Assembly (NCBI GenBank): GCA_012295275.1
Contig: CM022679.1
Coordinates: forward strand, 8,122,001-8,186,000
Origin: Chrysomallon squamiferum
Taxonomy: Eukaryota > Animalia > Mollusca
Length of the DNA stretch: 64,000 bases
Direction: 5' to 3'
Within the stretch, counting starts at the first letter, position 1. Each line of letters opens with the position of its first letter. Shown one piece after another: positions 25,727-48,752 of the stretch. The notes under the pieces are model-generated. The model made no database searches. It was not told where the DNA came from and was given only the letters and a program-made list of their open reading frames with translations. A program made the translations under genes and the position numbers.

Positions 25727-25919
25727 TAAATATTAATAATAATAATAAATAAATAAATAAATAAATTTTAAAGAGCCACGCTTACTTATTCTGCAGCTTT
25801 GTGAAAACAAAAAGAAATGTTTCACTAACCATCCGCTTACATATCAGTGTTTGAATTATGTCCTCAGGATACTAACTAAGTCAAAGTTATTATGTGTGTA
25901 ACGAGTAATTTAATTTCCA

Positions 25920-27880
25920 TCACGGGGCAGTCGCTGTGAGTAATGTTATGTAGTACAACGCAAAACTGGGACTGATCAGGCCGCCAGTATTGGAAGACAC
26001 TGAAGAATTTTCGAAGTCCACAAAAATATTGGCAGTTGTAAGTTCGAAATCCATTCGAGGACTTTTCCATTCTTTGACTTTGTGTCCCTGAATAACGACG
26101 AATGACGTCAGAGGAGTAACAAACCCGTTTTGAAGAGAGAGGTCCAGAGCCTGGCTTCGGAATCTCTCCGATTCTTCGCCGGTTTTGGCAATGGCCATTT
26201 TCTTCAGAAGGTCCTTTATTTTGAGATAATTGAACAGCTTGCAAGTGATGTTGGATTCGTGCTTCTTGGTCACATTCAGCGTCACGTGCCCGTCCTTCAC
26301 CACACCGACGACATTAGCGGAAATGTCCGTCTGCGACGTCTCGTTTTCCTTCAGCTTGCCTGCGGCTACGATTTCGCTGCCGTCAAAATACATGAAAAAC
26401 TTCAGCTGCGTCAAGAGATCGGCGTCCACTTTCTTCTCGTCGTAGTTGATCTCGACGTTCTTCATAACGGCTTTTTCTATGTCCTCGAAGAAGTTGGTCA
26501 GGTAAATCTCGGCGTCGTCGTTGTTACGTATCAGTCGAGCGAAGCCGCCGTTGTCCCAAGCAAGTCTGTTCAGGAATTCGTAATCTAGTTCAGTTCCGAA
26601 GGCCAAAGGGTAAATGCCAATTCTCTTTTCGCCCATGTTTTCTATCAGCACGTTCGTCCGTATTGTTTTAGTGTCAGTTATGCCCGACGCTGGTTCTCCG
26701 TCGGACAAAAACATAATCAAATGGGCGCGATTTCCAGTAAGACCGAAAGAATTTTTAAGGGACCTGATAGCTTCCAGAAGAGCATCATTAATATTGGTAC
26801 CGCCAGACGCTATAACATTTTGATTTACGTATTCCTTGGCTGCTTCTGTATTTGCTGTGCTGGCTTCCTGTGGTTCCGATCGCCAACTCTGCACAGTACT
26901 GTCAAAAAGCAAAATATTGAAGAAATCGGATGGCTTCAGTTTGTCCAGGATAATCAAAAGAGAATTTCTGGCCTGATCAATTTTGTCTCCGGACATAGAT
27001 CCGCTAGTGTCTACTAGAAAAACAATGTTTTTATCCAACGTTTTCAAATCTTTGGGTGCCACGAAATGATTAAAACACCCATCTTTGACGACCATAACGC
27101 CGCCGTCTTTTTTCTGAACAACGTCGTACGTTACGACAAACTGACCGCTGTACCCAGACAAGTCGTTTAGAAACTCCTGTTCTCGAACGGACGGCTTGTA
27201 GAAGATGGACCTCGTCGTCGCAGTCTCGCGGACTTTCACGCTCGTTTCGGACGCCGTCACGTTGCGATTGCTTTCTGACAGGCGAAACGAAAATGCTCAA
27301 AACCTTGCGGCTCGCTGTAGTCGACTCTGAGCACGAGATCGGGGACTATCTGGATGGGCTGAATGTTGAATCTCTGAATATACTCAGATCTTCGGCGTTC
27401 CAGCAGTTCTTCGTACGACAGTTTGAACGACACGTCGGAATTGGCTGCCACGTTCACCGTTATTTCGTACGCTTCCATCCCGTTGACCGGAGCCTTTCCG
27501 TGGTGAGTGATCTGCCAAGCTGTCTTGCCTTCGTCCTTAGCCTCGTCGTACTGCTTGTCGTGTTTTTTCTCGTCCACTTTACCTTTAAACAAAGTACCGT
27601 TGATCACCATGGAGAAGTGAGACATGAACGCGGTTTCGGGAATCTGAACGTGAAAGGCCGCTTCCTGACTTCGGTTCAAGCTGTTTCTCATTCGACTGTA
27701 TACGTCCACCAAAGCGTACCTGTACTCAACTTTGGACCAGATGTGAAGCTGGGTGATGTTGATTCCTCCATCATTTCTTTTAACTCGCGTTTCCACGTTT
27801 AACGGTTCTTGAGACGTCAGTTCAATATTCGAAATAATTAAGTATAAGATACACACTGCTAGAATGTTTCTACTCTCCAT
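25920..27880 (-). CDS. Divergent ITIH-like VIT+vWA protein, copy C (intronless; 1-nt frameshift in A4 run at 27290-27293)
   Basis: ORFs 27257-27880 (signal+VIT) and 25920-27260 (vWA DTSGS..GGTN..SDGEP, GFVTPLTS, tail FALYYITLLTATAP) join colinearly with A/B if one base is added in the homopolymer (FEHF-S-FRLSESNRNVTASETSVK). No other stops. Confidence 0.82.
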
Positions 27881-28326
27881 TGTGAGGCGGGAGTGAAAAA
27901 AACACTCGCTCGTCCAGATTTCTTATACTTCAAACTGTTTGACGTTTTAGTGCCGTAAAGATAAGAAATGGCTGCCGGATGTCAGCATGCAGCGTGATAA
28001 ATATTTCAATAATTTGTTAAAACGTTAAAATATCAAAATACAAATAAAATTATAGCCTTAAAATCCCACAAAAATTACCGTTAATTATGTTGATTTAATT
28101 AAGCAAGATTTGAAATATTGATTTAATTAATGTAATTAATGTTGTTATTATGACTTATTAGTTCTGTTTGATCATATGGTTTTAAAAATGTTTATCTTGT
28201 AAAATTATCTTATTAAGGACACGTGTTTGGCAAGAATCTTTTTTTTCTTTTTTTCAGCTTTTAACAGTTACACTGGACAGATATATTTATCAGAATATTC
28301 CTTATCTATATCCATCCTTTTTGCTT

Positions 28327-28403
<77 letters not shown>

Positions 28404-29879
28404 ACGTACGCACACATACACAAGCACTCACACTAAATACATATGTATTATTTCTCATATGGTTTTACTTTTCTTTTTTAAAGATTCTAAAGAATATCGA
28501 ATAAATAATCGCATTCAATTAGTGCTGTTTTCGTTGTAGTCATAATGACGATACCAATCCGAAGAATTCTGTTAATATTTGTATTTTTATTCATCCATGC
28601 ATTAATCCGTCCAACCGTCTATCTATCTATCTATTTATCGATCTGTGTGTGTGTGTGTGTGTGTGTGTCTGTCTGTACAATGTGAATACATTATATAACG
28701 TAGTTACTGGTTCAGATATATGAGAGAGAGAGAGAGAGAGTGTGTGTGTGTGTGTGTGTGTGTTTCTGTTTTGTAACGTTGTAAACACACGTGCTTTATA
28801 TAGCAATCTGGTATCAGTAACTGGTTTAACATCAAACCTGGTCACTGAATCTTGGACGCATTCGAAATAAACTGACAGCTGTAAAGATTTTCCTGATAAT
28901 CACATCATCTGGTAGATTTAAACAAAATAACACAAACTCAGCTTTAAATACATTCAGTCCCGAGTTACGTGTGATGAACCATACAAAATAGAGGACAGAA
29001 TTAATTATGCAATAATGAGTTTACTTTTACTTGTATATGTATGTGTGTGCGTGTGTGTATGTGTGTATATCTATGTATATGTATATATATATATATATGT
29101 ATGTATGTGTGTGTATGCATACATGCATACATACATACATACATACATATACATATGTTAATATTCTTGAATTCCACTGATGAAGTGAATTTTGAAATAA
29201 TTACATATACACAGGATATATTATGCAGAATGATTAAGATATAAATTATGCGTGTGTATGTGTATATGTGTATGTGCGTGTGTGTGTGTGTATGTCTGTG
29301 TGTTTATGTATGTGTGAATGCGTTAGTTATTAATTAGTTTATTCACTGTTTTCTTAAGTTCCTTTACAATAAATTACAGTAATGTTTATGTAAAATAATA
29401 ATAAAAATAACAACAATAACATAACAACAGCAACAATAACAAAACAAATGTTCCAAAATGAATATTCTTTAGTGCGTGGGTTGGATTATTTACATTTGAA
29501 TATTTTATGATAAAATATGTAAATAAAAGTACATTCATATGTGTACATGTAGGCCTTACGAAGATTTTTTATATGCAACTGGCTTTTTTGTTTTTCCTTT
29601 TTTCTTTCTTTTTATATGTCGTCTAATTGTACTTCTGTTAAATTAATATACTTGTATACATAACGAATTCACCTTTGACAAGCAAAATAATAATAATAAT
29701 TATTATTATATATAAATAATATACTGCGATGTTATCCGATACACAGATATCTCTGTTGTATTACCAAGTTAGTCTCGTTGTGTTGTGACAAATTAATTAT
29801 AAATGTAGTTTATCAAATGGTCGAGTCTTTCTGGTGACCGATTGTATTACTTAACACGCGAACATTCTTAACAAACAGT

Positions 29880-38086
<8,207 letters not shown>

Positions 38087-38638
38087 ACTCAGACGATTTC
38101 CTTTTCCTTTTAGAAAAGTTTTTATTTTCTATTATCAAAACTAAATTAATCCTAAATACTTCAATCCCAAACCACAAAACATTTAAGCTAACAATAGTGT
38201 TTCTTTCTTTCTGCTTCATCTTCTGTCTCTTTCTTTTTTTTTTTTTTTTCTCTCTTCTTCCTTTATTTTCTTTGTTTTCTTTCATCTAGGAACAAATTGC
38301 AGTACGTTGTAAGTGATCGATAAACAGTGTTTAGAGAGCAGTCCATTAACTCCCTGTTAGCCTGCATTTACACCGAATTACCCGATTATTTTTTCCATTT
38401 TATTTGAGATTTCGAGGGTAAGATGAGCAAGGAACAAACACACACAGGTATAAACGCACTCACATACTTGCATATATGTATATATTTTTTAGTTTTTTAA
38501 AATTGCAATTCTAAGGTATCGTTTAAATATATCGAGAGTAATATGTGTACAGTATACCTCAAAATGATGTAATATTAAATGTTATTATATACTGGTTAAA
38601 TATGTATCATTACAAGTGCATTCATGCATACACACACT

Positions 38639-38693
<55 letters not shown>

Positions 38694-38779
38694 GTATCCA
38701 GTTCGTATAATAATTAAGTACAGATTTCTAGTAAAGAGCTTGTACCTATGTCAGGCATGTTAGAGAATTTATGTAATGA

Positions 38780-38870
38780 AAATATGCCACATATTATGTA
38801 CATGGCGTAATATGCCACATATGTATGTGATGTAATATGTCACATATGTATGTGGTGTAATATGCATTCA
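38780..38870. repeat. ~24-27-bp minisatellite (TAATATGCCACATATGTATGTG-like, 3-4 copies)
   Basis: Direct repeats visible downstream of PBLD. Confidence 0.7.
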
Positions 38871-41434
38871 TATACGTATACAAATACATACATATACACA
38901 GATGTACAAACTACATGCAGACAGATAGATAGATAGATAGATAGACAAACAGATGCACACATATGTAAACGCATGATGTTATTGCGATTTCATTTTCTAT
39001 ACCAGCTGTAGGAGTTGATAAAAATTATGTATCAGTTACTTATGTTTCATGAAGAGCAATACCCAAGATTAATATTATATACCGATTATATTTTTTATAT
39101 ATATGTATTCTCCATTAAATGTATTCAATTATACAAATATCACTTTATTGATAAACTAAACGCTTTTTGATCTTTGTTGTTATTCATTTTACTGGGAAAA
39201 TTGTATATTTCTATAGTTCAGTTATTGTTTTATTTATTTCTTCATTTATTATTTTATATATATATATTTTTTTATTTATTTGCCAACATCAAAGTATAAC
39301 AGTAAAAATATAGAAGCTGAAATTTTCTCTTTAACATCATTTCAAAGATTTAAATTAATGTTAACAAATAAATATGTTTAGTTACAGTTTGTGTGCACTC
39401 AAAAGCGTTATATATTTTTGCTCGTCACACTGTTTTGACCTATTTTCACTGACTCTTGAAAGCTTGATTTATTCTCTCTTTGAGGTCCTGTGTGAATAAA
39501 AACTGCATGAATGGAAAACTTGAACTCCAGTATTTGTGTTTAGTTCACGAATGTCACTCTGTGTGCTTTGGGACTGCCGCCATCTTATGTTTCTACAGAC
39601 GTGTTTCTCGAACACCACTTTTTACACTCATGGAGTTAACTCTTCGACCTTTCATCTTGCAAACAGATTTGACCGCATAAAAGTTCCATATCTGTGCTTT
39701 ATCTGTATGTCCAGTATAAAAGTTCTTGACTATACGAAAGTGGTAGAAACTCTCGACAAAAAAAAATTAAAAAAAAAAAAAAAAACTTTCTAAAGTCTTA
39801 TGACTATTTTCGAGCAAAAGACCCATTTCATAAAGATTTCGCTGTAAATAGCAATATTTCATCTTTTAAAAAAAAACTTCGGAATTGAAGCTCGTAGTAA
39901 TTACACAACGACCAAAGACGTCACCAAGAGCATATTTTTAGCCGAACCACTCATTAAGCCATGGCCACTGAAGCCGGTTAACTCCCCGAGTCAGAAAGCA
40001 ACTGATCAAACAGATTATCCTCACATCCTAAATTCACTTTGAGGTTTCTTGTTTTTGAGCAAAATTATCATTTTTTTTTTCAATAAGATGTCGATTTAAC
40101 CTCATAAAATTTAATATTTAAGTTATTAACTCTAGGTTGAAATGATATCAGAGCCGATTACGTATACTTTGTCTGAATGTGCCTCCACCCTGATAGATCG
40201 TCAAAGTTATTTAGCCACATCAGTTCTCGACATAATGTTAGCTACAGACTGTGTGATGGAATCCTTCACCACAAAATCTGTGATAGTTTTGAGTGATTTA
40301 TTTATATCAGTTTTTTTCAACTGTTGTTTTGATCTAAAAATATGTTCTCATTTGTGATTGTTTATTCTGTTGTATTTGCCTCATTTTTTTTATTTTTTTT
40401 TTTTTTACGTTTTTTGTTTTTTTTTATTCTGATTTTTTTGGCAATGCCTTCGTAATAATATTCGAAATGTTGATGGAATAGGTGTGTTTAATTAGTGTTA
40501 GTGTATGAAACGTGATTGAAAACATGCTACATATATAACAAATACCAACATAGTAGCTCTCTCAGTACAACTTTCCTTATTCAGTCTCATCTTTGGTTTG
40601 ACATTTTCTTCGTAAAATCCATTCCCATATTCAAACAGTTTCTCAAAACCATTTTTTTCAAACATCACTTTTTAAATCTTATCCAAATGAAATTCAGCTT
40701 CTGCTCCATTTACATTCTCATCACCAAACATTATAACTTTTGTAAATACTATTACACTGTAATTCACTGTCCAACCAGTTTTTGTCCACGTGTTCTTAAT
40801 ACACTCTCCTTGTAAATGGCAATCAACAAGTCATCTTTGTTATTACGTAGAATTTACTAGCACTAAGATTAAACCCCGATGCTCAAGAAAATTACAACTT
40901 GTTAAAAGTAAAAAAAAGTTGAACAAAAAATAAATAAAATAAGATAAATTAACATTTCAGATTTTCTAATTTATTCCTTCTAAATATATATTCATCATCT
41001 TGATCTTTTCACTCTGATTAATTTGATATAAAAACTTATCGGTACCAAAATATCAAAATATTGAAAAATTTATAACTTTGGAACTATCTGACTGACAACT
41101 CTCAATTTTTTTATTCACTGAGATCAGGATTTAAAAAATCTTTAGTTAGAAGTTAACTTGTATTTCCAAAACTGAAAATTACTTTCGAATACGTATTACG
41201 ATGTTTCGGCAATGGTCTGTAGTTCAGATGTTAGGTCTCTCCTCTAACACATAACTGGCCTGTGTATTCAAGTCTCAGTAATGCGCATGTGTTATCCAAC
41301 TTATCAAAGACCATTGTAAGTATTTCCGTGTTTACTGAAAGCTATACATTAAACACCATTACAAGTATTGGTAAACAGAAACAGAACATGGAATATCAAC
41401 AATATTATTAATATCTCATTCATCATTAAACAAA

Positions 41435-41522
<88 letters not shown>

Positions 41523-41798
41523 AGTTAATATAAAAATATATATTGAGATAAAGCTAAGCAAGTAATTTATTCTTATTTATTCTTTTTGGTTACTCTCTCA
41601 CTTAAAGTCCATTGAGTAACAAACTGATTCTAGCTCCTGTTCAGAATGAACTGCTAAACATAGACCACCCCCCCCATCTGTCTGTAGTTTTCACCCGCCA
41701 CTGCGGACACATGCTTTGCATTAACCGTGATATTCGTGCGGTCGAATTGCTGCAGGGCAGAATCGTACAACGAGATCAGGCTGAAAAAACATACTCAC

Positions 41799-41810
41799 GT
41801 GGACAGTTAT
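41799..41810 (-). other. Candidate 12-nt microexon
   Basis: Minus strand reads ttttttttttctctgtttcag|ATAACTGTCCAC|gtgagt, a strong acceptor and donor around a length divisible by 3. Confidence 0.5.
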
Positions 41811-42523
41811 CTGAAACAGAGAAAAAAAAAAATTAGAAGAAGAAGAAAGAAAGAAAGAAAGAAGGAAAATAATAATGATGATGATGATAATGATAATAGA
41901 AATAGCAATAATAATAATAATAATAATAATGATGATGATGATGATGATTATGATAATAGCAAAAGCAATAATAATAACAATAATAATGTAATAACAATGA
42001 CAATAATAATAATAATAAATAATAACAATGATATATAATGATAATAATAAGATAATAATAATATAATAATAACAACAATAATATAATAACAACAATAACA
42101 ATAACAACAACAACAACAACAATAATAATAATAATAATAATAGCAGATCGTTGCTGAACGTGTGAAGAAAACAAATAAAGAACGCGTTCTTATTAGATAT
42201 TAGATTGTTTATTGGTTGTCAAGGAAACACTTCATATTAATATTGTAAATTAGTACAAGGTACGATCAAAGCGAGTGTATAATTATTTTTCCAAGAAGTA
42301 AACACTCAAAGAACGAAAGTAACAGTGAAACGCACTTTTGTGATTCTCAGTGCAAACAACTAGACGAGTTTGTGTCAGCAGTTTGTTCAAGTTGCAGAAC
42401 GACTGAATACCGCATGGAAAATATATTTATATATATGTTAGAAGTAAAGAGACAAAGAAAAACAAATAATTTATATTTATAGTAGGATTTATAGGTATGT
42501 CTGTTTGGGTGCATGCGTGCATT

Positions 42524-42570
<47 letters not shown>

Positions 42571-42640
42571 ATATTTATATTTATATGTCTGTACATAAAG
42601 AGAGAGATAGTGAAAAAGATACACAGAGAGAAGGAAAGCG

Positions 42641-42717
<77 letters not shown>

Positions 42718-43514
42718 CAGAGACAGGGAGAGCGAACGAGAGAGAGAGAGAGCCTGATAACAATAACACGTGGACGATGGACGATTTCCCTGAAGCTAGT
42801 GTAACAAGGTTATTGTCTCTAATAAAAATCCCATTTAAAAATCATTAATCGTTAATTGTTCGTCTGAACGGCCCATACTTGATCTGTAAGCACATTATAT
42901 AGGAACAGTGAAGCGACACGCACGTTTCAGACTGCACAAATATATCTTTCTATGCGTAGCTTTGTTGGCTTGTGTATTGCTATATACAGTTAGGCGTTAT
43001 TATTATTATTATTCACCGCATGCCTTCGACTCGGTTCTCTGTACCAGTTGCCAGGGAAAGGTTCGTTTTTCTATTAATAATTAAAAAGAGCATTTACAGA
43101 ATAGGATTATGCGCTTATCCTGTAGCACACAATGCAAGTAAGTGTGAAAGTGCCAAATTTCGTTAATCGAAATGCTCGTGAAACCGTGATCCTGGAATTG
43201 CATTACACAGCGAAGTGATAACGTTGCTCTTGTGTGAGTAGGTGTGTGTATGTGTGTGTGTGTGTGTGTGTGCGTGTGTGAGAGAGAAAGAGAGGATGTC
43301 AAAAAGAACATATTATTAAGGTTTTGTATACATGCATATACGCTATGTAAATTATTTCATAAAAAAATGAATAATTTATTAAACTGGAGGGTGGTGGCTT
43401 TTCCCCCCATTCCTACCATATTTAATATATGTTTTGTTTACTAACGATTGATTTTTTTAAGAATAATATAGCAATAGTAATAATATAGATATATTAAAGA
43501 AACTTTTATAAAAT

Positions 43515-43520
43515 AAAAAA
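43515..43520 (-). terminator. Pol III oligo-T terminator for tRNA-Phe
   Basis: First T6 run on the minus strand, about 30 nt past the tRNA 3' end. Confidence 0.6.
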
Positions 43521-43551
43521 TTTGTCGACCGCCAGAGTCCGACTTGCTCTG

Positions 43552-43624
43552 TGCCGGAACCCGGGATTGAACCGGGGGCCTTTAGATCTTCAGTCTAACG
43601 CTCTCCCAACTGAGCTATTCCGGC
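43552..43624 (-). tRNA. tRNA-Phe-GAA: tRNA-Phe (GAA)
   Basis: GCCGGAATAGCTCAGTTGGGAGAGCGTTAGACTGAAGATCTAAAGGCCCCCGGTTCAATCCCGGGTTCCGGCA: 73 nt cloverleaf with A and B boxes and GAA anticodon. Confidence 0.97.
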
Positions 43625-44255
43625 CGACGCTTATTTTGTCTCAACATATATATATAAATTAAGCGGTACTTCGGTATGTGGCAAGTATAGTACAACTTTT
43701 TAGTTATAATAATTTACGCATTGTAGAGTACATACTAATCGATAAAGAATAATAATAATTTTAAAAATGAATCTCCATATACTTAATAAGCTTTAGGTAT
43801 TATAATATTATTTGTAAATCGAATGTTATTAATAAAACTGATTAACCTTCTGTTGGAAATGCTTTGATTAGCACGGATATTTTAAGTTTTTATTATTCGT
43901 AAGTGCGACCGATGAAAGAGAAATAATTTAACATCGCATACTTTCCTATTACATGGTTTAAAATATTACATAAATTTCCTGTGTTTTTTTTTTTTTTTTT
44001 TTTTTTTGTCGTTTTTTTTTTAAATAGATCATAAAGAATTATTTTTATTCTTTATATTTATTTATAATTATTGGTATCCTATTTAAACACCGGTGATCTT
44101 TAGGTCGTCTTGTAGAATGCATTTTAACAAGTTAACATCTTTCAGTTGTTATTATTATTGTAGGAGCAATTGTAGAGTGGTTATGAATGAATAGAGATTT
44201 GGAACAGACACCTATTCATTAGTTTAAAATAAATTTAAACTACTACTACTACTAC

Positions 44256-44287
<32 letters not shown>

Positions 44288-44519
44288 AAATAAATAAATA
44301 AATATAGCTTTAAAATTTTCATATACAGTATTTTTATAAAACTCGGGAATATTTCTGAATGAAACGGCACTGAAATGCTCGTGTTAGCGTCGTTAGTTTT
44401 AAAATTTAAACACAACTGTATTACTGTTGTTCGCAAATTTAATAATATTATAATTATGATATAAAGAATATTTTAGTTTTTAATCACAGAATTCTAATTG
44501 TAATCTGAAAGTAAATTCA

Positions 44520-44632
44520 AAACCCGCGGAAGGGTACCAGTGTTTTTTCTAATCGTCACGTGATCTTCCGTTTAGGACCACCTAAAAACTGCAGCAGAAG
44601 TTGTCCTGCGAGCGACGTTTCTGTCTGTAAGT
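44520..44632 (+). promoter_or_regulatory. Candidate promoter and first non-coding exon
   Basis: CpG-containing island with GTCACGTGAT E-box (44555-44564), ETS-like CTTCCG (44565-44570) and CGGAAG, followed by donor CT|GTAAGT at 44627. Confidence 0.4.
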
Positions 44633-44960
44633 GATTCTGCGGGCAGCAGTACGTAAAGGACTGGGTATTGATTGAGGAAAATTACATTACGTGTACATGT
44701 CAACGTTACTTCAGCTTCGTGAACGGCGGTTTATCACACTGACGACATGGGCAGCTGTTCGGATTGCGCAAAAATGATTTTTAACGTCTCAATCACTTAG
44801 TCCTTGCTGCGACTATGCTATTAGCATACATTTACACTATTACCGTGTCGTTTCTGAAATATATATAGATATACAGATATACACACACACACACATACAT
44901 ACATATATGTGTATATGTATGTGTGTGTGTAAAAGTAGCAGCAACAGCAGCACCATCAAC

Positions 44961-44992
<32 letters not shown>

Positions 44993-45998
44993 CGACAGAA
45001 GTTGCATGTTTATATCTGTAGCAGCAGAAAAAATGAAGAAAAAAAAACTTTGGGAAATGATTGGTTCCACCAACGAGAAATAAATATGTTATAATATTAT
45101 ATCAACAGCGTATTTTAGATGGAAATATCTTCACTAACATATAAGCATATTTTTTTGCCTAATTGTAATACTGCCACACTGCGTTAAAATCATATTTTTC
45201 AAACAATTTAATATATGTTTAACACCTTACAGTATGTATATCAACGTGTGTGTGAGTGTGTGTGTGTGTGTGCACGCGCTCGTCTGCAATCAACACGACC
45301 AATAACATTAAAACTTTTTTCTTCTTTTTTTTTTCTTTTTTTCCCTCTCCTATTTAAGGTCGTTGTTGTTTAAGAAAATGGAACAGTACAAGATATTCTA
45401 CTTATTTTCATACACCATTAAGTAAATAACAAATTTAATAACTATAGTATTAGTTACTACATTTCGTCCAGTGCTCAGTTTAGATCTGGGCTGAGGTCCA
45501 AATGTCTAATAGCTAATTACCACACCACTGCTTACTTCTCTGACAGAAATAGCATGTTCAAAATGTACGTGGGGAAAAAATAAAGAAGGAAAAGATTAAG
45601 ATTTAGATTAAGCAGTTTAAGAACAATATGGTTAATCTTTCTGGTCATAATCAAGCAATTTTTGTTTTCTTGTTCTTTACAATGAGAAATATTTGTGCAT
45701 TTTATTCCAAAGTTTCATATTAATCAGTTGAAAATATCGGTAATGATAATAATAATAATCATCATCATCATCATCATCATAATAATAATAATAGCAATAA
45801 CAATAATAATAATAATCATTGCCATTATCATCATAATAATTAATAAGTACCATCATCATCATCATCATTATTATTATTATTATTATTCTAAGATCATCTG
45901 CGATATTTTTTACAACTTCAGTGACTAATAAACACTAAATAACTGGTCATTAATCTGAAATTATACAGATAGGAACTATAAATTATACTACATATAAC

Positions 45999-46052
<54 letters not shown>

Positions 46053-46639
46053 TTATCTATCCATATAATATAATATAATATAATATAATATAATATATAT
46101 ATATATATATATATGCATGTACTTTTTGTTTATTCCAATACTTCGAAGATTATATTTTATTGATGTGTATATCAGCCACGTTAACGTCAGGTAAATATAA
46201 GTAAAACTCTGAATTACGATTAATTTTCCAAAAGCATTCACATAAATTCACTGGGCATCAGAACAACCTATTTTTATTTATTTTCAAGATGAAGATCATT
46301 ATTTGTTAATGTTTGAAAACGTACATTTCCTCGTTAGAGTGAAATAAAAATCTATAACAACTGATACCAATGACAATATGGTTATAAAACAAAAATCGAT
46401 TATTAATATCGCCCTGAGTTCACCTCGATATTTTACACCGTATGGAGATCTCTGTTCATTATGTAAAGAGATTGTCAACTCTCAGGAGAAAATAATCTAA
46501 ACAGAATAATGGTTTATGTCATAGGCTAGAGTTTAACGTTAGTGTGTATGTATGCATATATGCATGTACCTAGGTGAGTATCTGTGAATGTGTGTATGTT
46601 TATATACGTATTTATGTATTGTGTATATATGTGTGTGTG

Positions 46640-46740
<101 letters not shown>

Positions 46741-46866
46741 ACACACACACAACTGTATGTATATGTCTGTGTAAAATAATATACGTATGTCTTATTGATG
46801 CAAATATAACAGATATTTGAATACATTTTATATATCATGTCAACCATAACAAAATTTAAAAAGTAA

Positions 46867-46933
<67 letters not shown>

Positions 46934-47347
46934 TAATTTTGCTGATAACATATTCGGCGACTAGAAACAAAAATGGGTTTCCAGGAATGTGCTTACTGTA
47001 TCTTAGGATACATCTCTGGGTTAAAGCTCTCCCTGAAAACGAGGAAGGACGAAAGAAACTTATCAAACGAGCACAGCATTGTGCAGCTTACAGCAGTCTT
47101 CCCACTTACTGGAGCATGAAAACTGCATTCCTGGGTGTCTGTTACACATAGCTTGCACACACACACACACACATTGTTCTTGTTAGTTTTACGACTGAAA
47201 TCCCCGCTTAGTTCTTCCAATGTGATTCTCGTTCACCTGTCGCTCTTTGAACTGAGTCCGAGATAAAATAGATAGATAGACAAACAGATAGACAGACAGT
47301 TGGATAGGCAGATAGATAGATAGACAGATTGATAGTAGAGATAGATC

Positions 47348-47486
<139 letters not shown>

Positions 47487-47511
47487 TACATATATACATA
47501 TATGGATGAAT

Positions 47512-47542
<31 letters not shown>

Positions 47543-47645
47543 TAAACAATATAAAACAAATTAAAAGTAATATATATAATAGGATGTTCTAATATACTTA
47601 TTTTATTTCTGTAAAGGTAACTGGAGGTAGTAATGGTGTTTAAAC

Positions 47646-48310
47646 ATGGTAAATGCTAAATTTGCGGCTGACTTGGAAGTGAGTAAATATCATCACTGGC
47701 AATGTCTAGACTTCTGTCTTACACAGATACTTCTTGATTACGAATTGAAGCTTTTGATTTAATTTTATAAAATTCAGAACTGATCGTACGAGTGTCTGTG
47801 CGTGTTTGTGTGTTGTGTATGTACATTTATTTTCACAAAGTTTCTATCTGCCATATACAATTTTATTTCCAGAGAAATACTTGATATCGGATTTTTTTCA
47901 ATGGCGGGAGTAATAATTTCACTGCGTCATTGAAATCTGAATAAATTATAATAAATTATTGTATTTAATTGGTTAATTTCATATGTAGATCTCTGATAGA
48001 CACTTAAGACATGTCTATTATATTATTTCCTGTTCCAGCCCCTTATAATATAACGATAATAATACCCTACCAGGTGGCAAGGTCCCATTCATTTCCTTTT
48101 TGAAATCATTACACAAAACCATACAATTTACTCATAATGACCGTTAAAATTAAAATGTTCTGCAATGCTGTTAATCAAATTTTATATTCATTCATTAAAC
48201 CAATTAAAAAAAAAAAAAAAATATATATATTTAACCAAATAATTAAAATTCTTTCAGCATGAAAGAAGGATCACGAGGAAACAATTTGAAATGCTACACG
48301 TCATATTTAT
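47646..48310 (+). CDS. Candidate first two coding exons of an unidentified gene (47646-47678, 48258-48310): MVNAKFAADLE-HERRITRKQFEMLHVIF
   Basis: AAAC-ATG context, donor AA|GTGAGT (47679), acceptor CTTTCAG (48257) and donor AT|GTAAG (48311). Frames are compatible. No further exon could be identified. Confidence 0.4.
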
Positions 48311-48660
48311 GTAAGCTGTTATCGGCGGAGGTTGGTTCCTGTTTTCAACGAGTGTCTTTATGTCGTAACAGCGAGATTGTGCGAGGTACGACGTGTGTCA
48401 CATGATCGACACCTAATCGCCACTGATTAACCGTGCGTACTCTGCGCCGTCAAATGGCCAGTCCTTTTCCTGTAATATCGTCTTCATTGTTGTGAGACCA
48501 GAAATCAATATTCTAGAAAATTCTCTGTTAAATCGTGATGTCTGCAGGGTCAAGTGATCTATCGCGTCCTAACGTCTCACACTTCTGTAACGTAACTTTT
48601 TGTTACTACTACTAACTAAGATGGCGGAGAAGAATTTTACATTTTTTTTTAATTTTTTTT

Positions 48661-48752
48661 TAAATTACTCGTACAGAAACGTGTTAGAATTTTTTTTTTT
48701 TTTTTTTTTAAATTACTCGTACAGAAACGTGTTAGAATTTTTTTTTTTTTTT
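48661..48752. repeat. Short tandem duplication (2 x AAATTACTCGTACAGAAACGTGTTAGAAT+polyT)
   Basis: Two identical ~29-nt units separated by a T run. Confidence 0.85.

Noticed and set aside
44844-44853. Possible 10-nt minus-strand microexon
   Set aside because: Weak pyrimidine tract and donor, and not frame-preserving.
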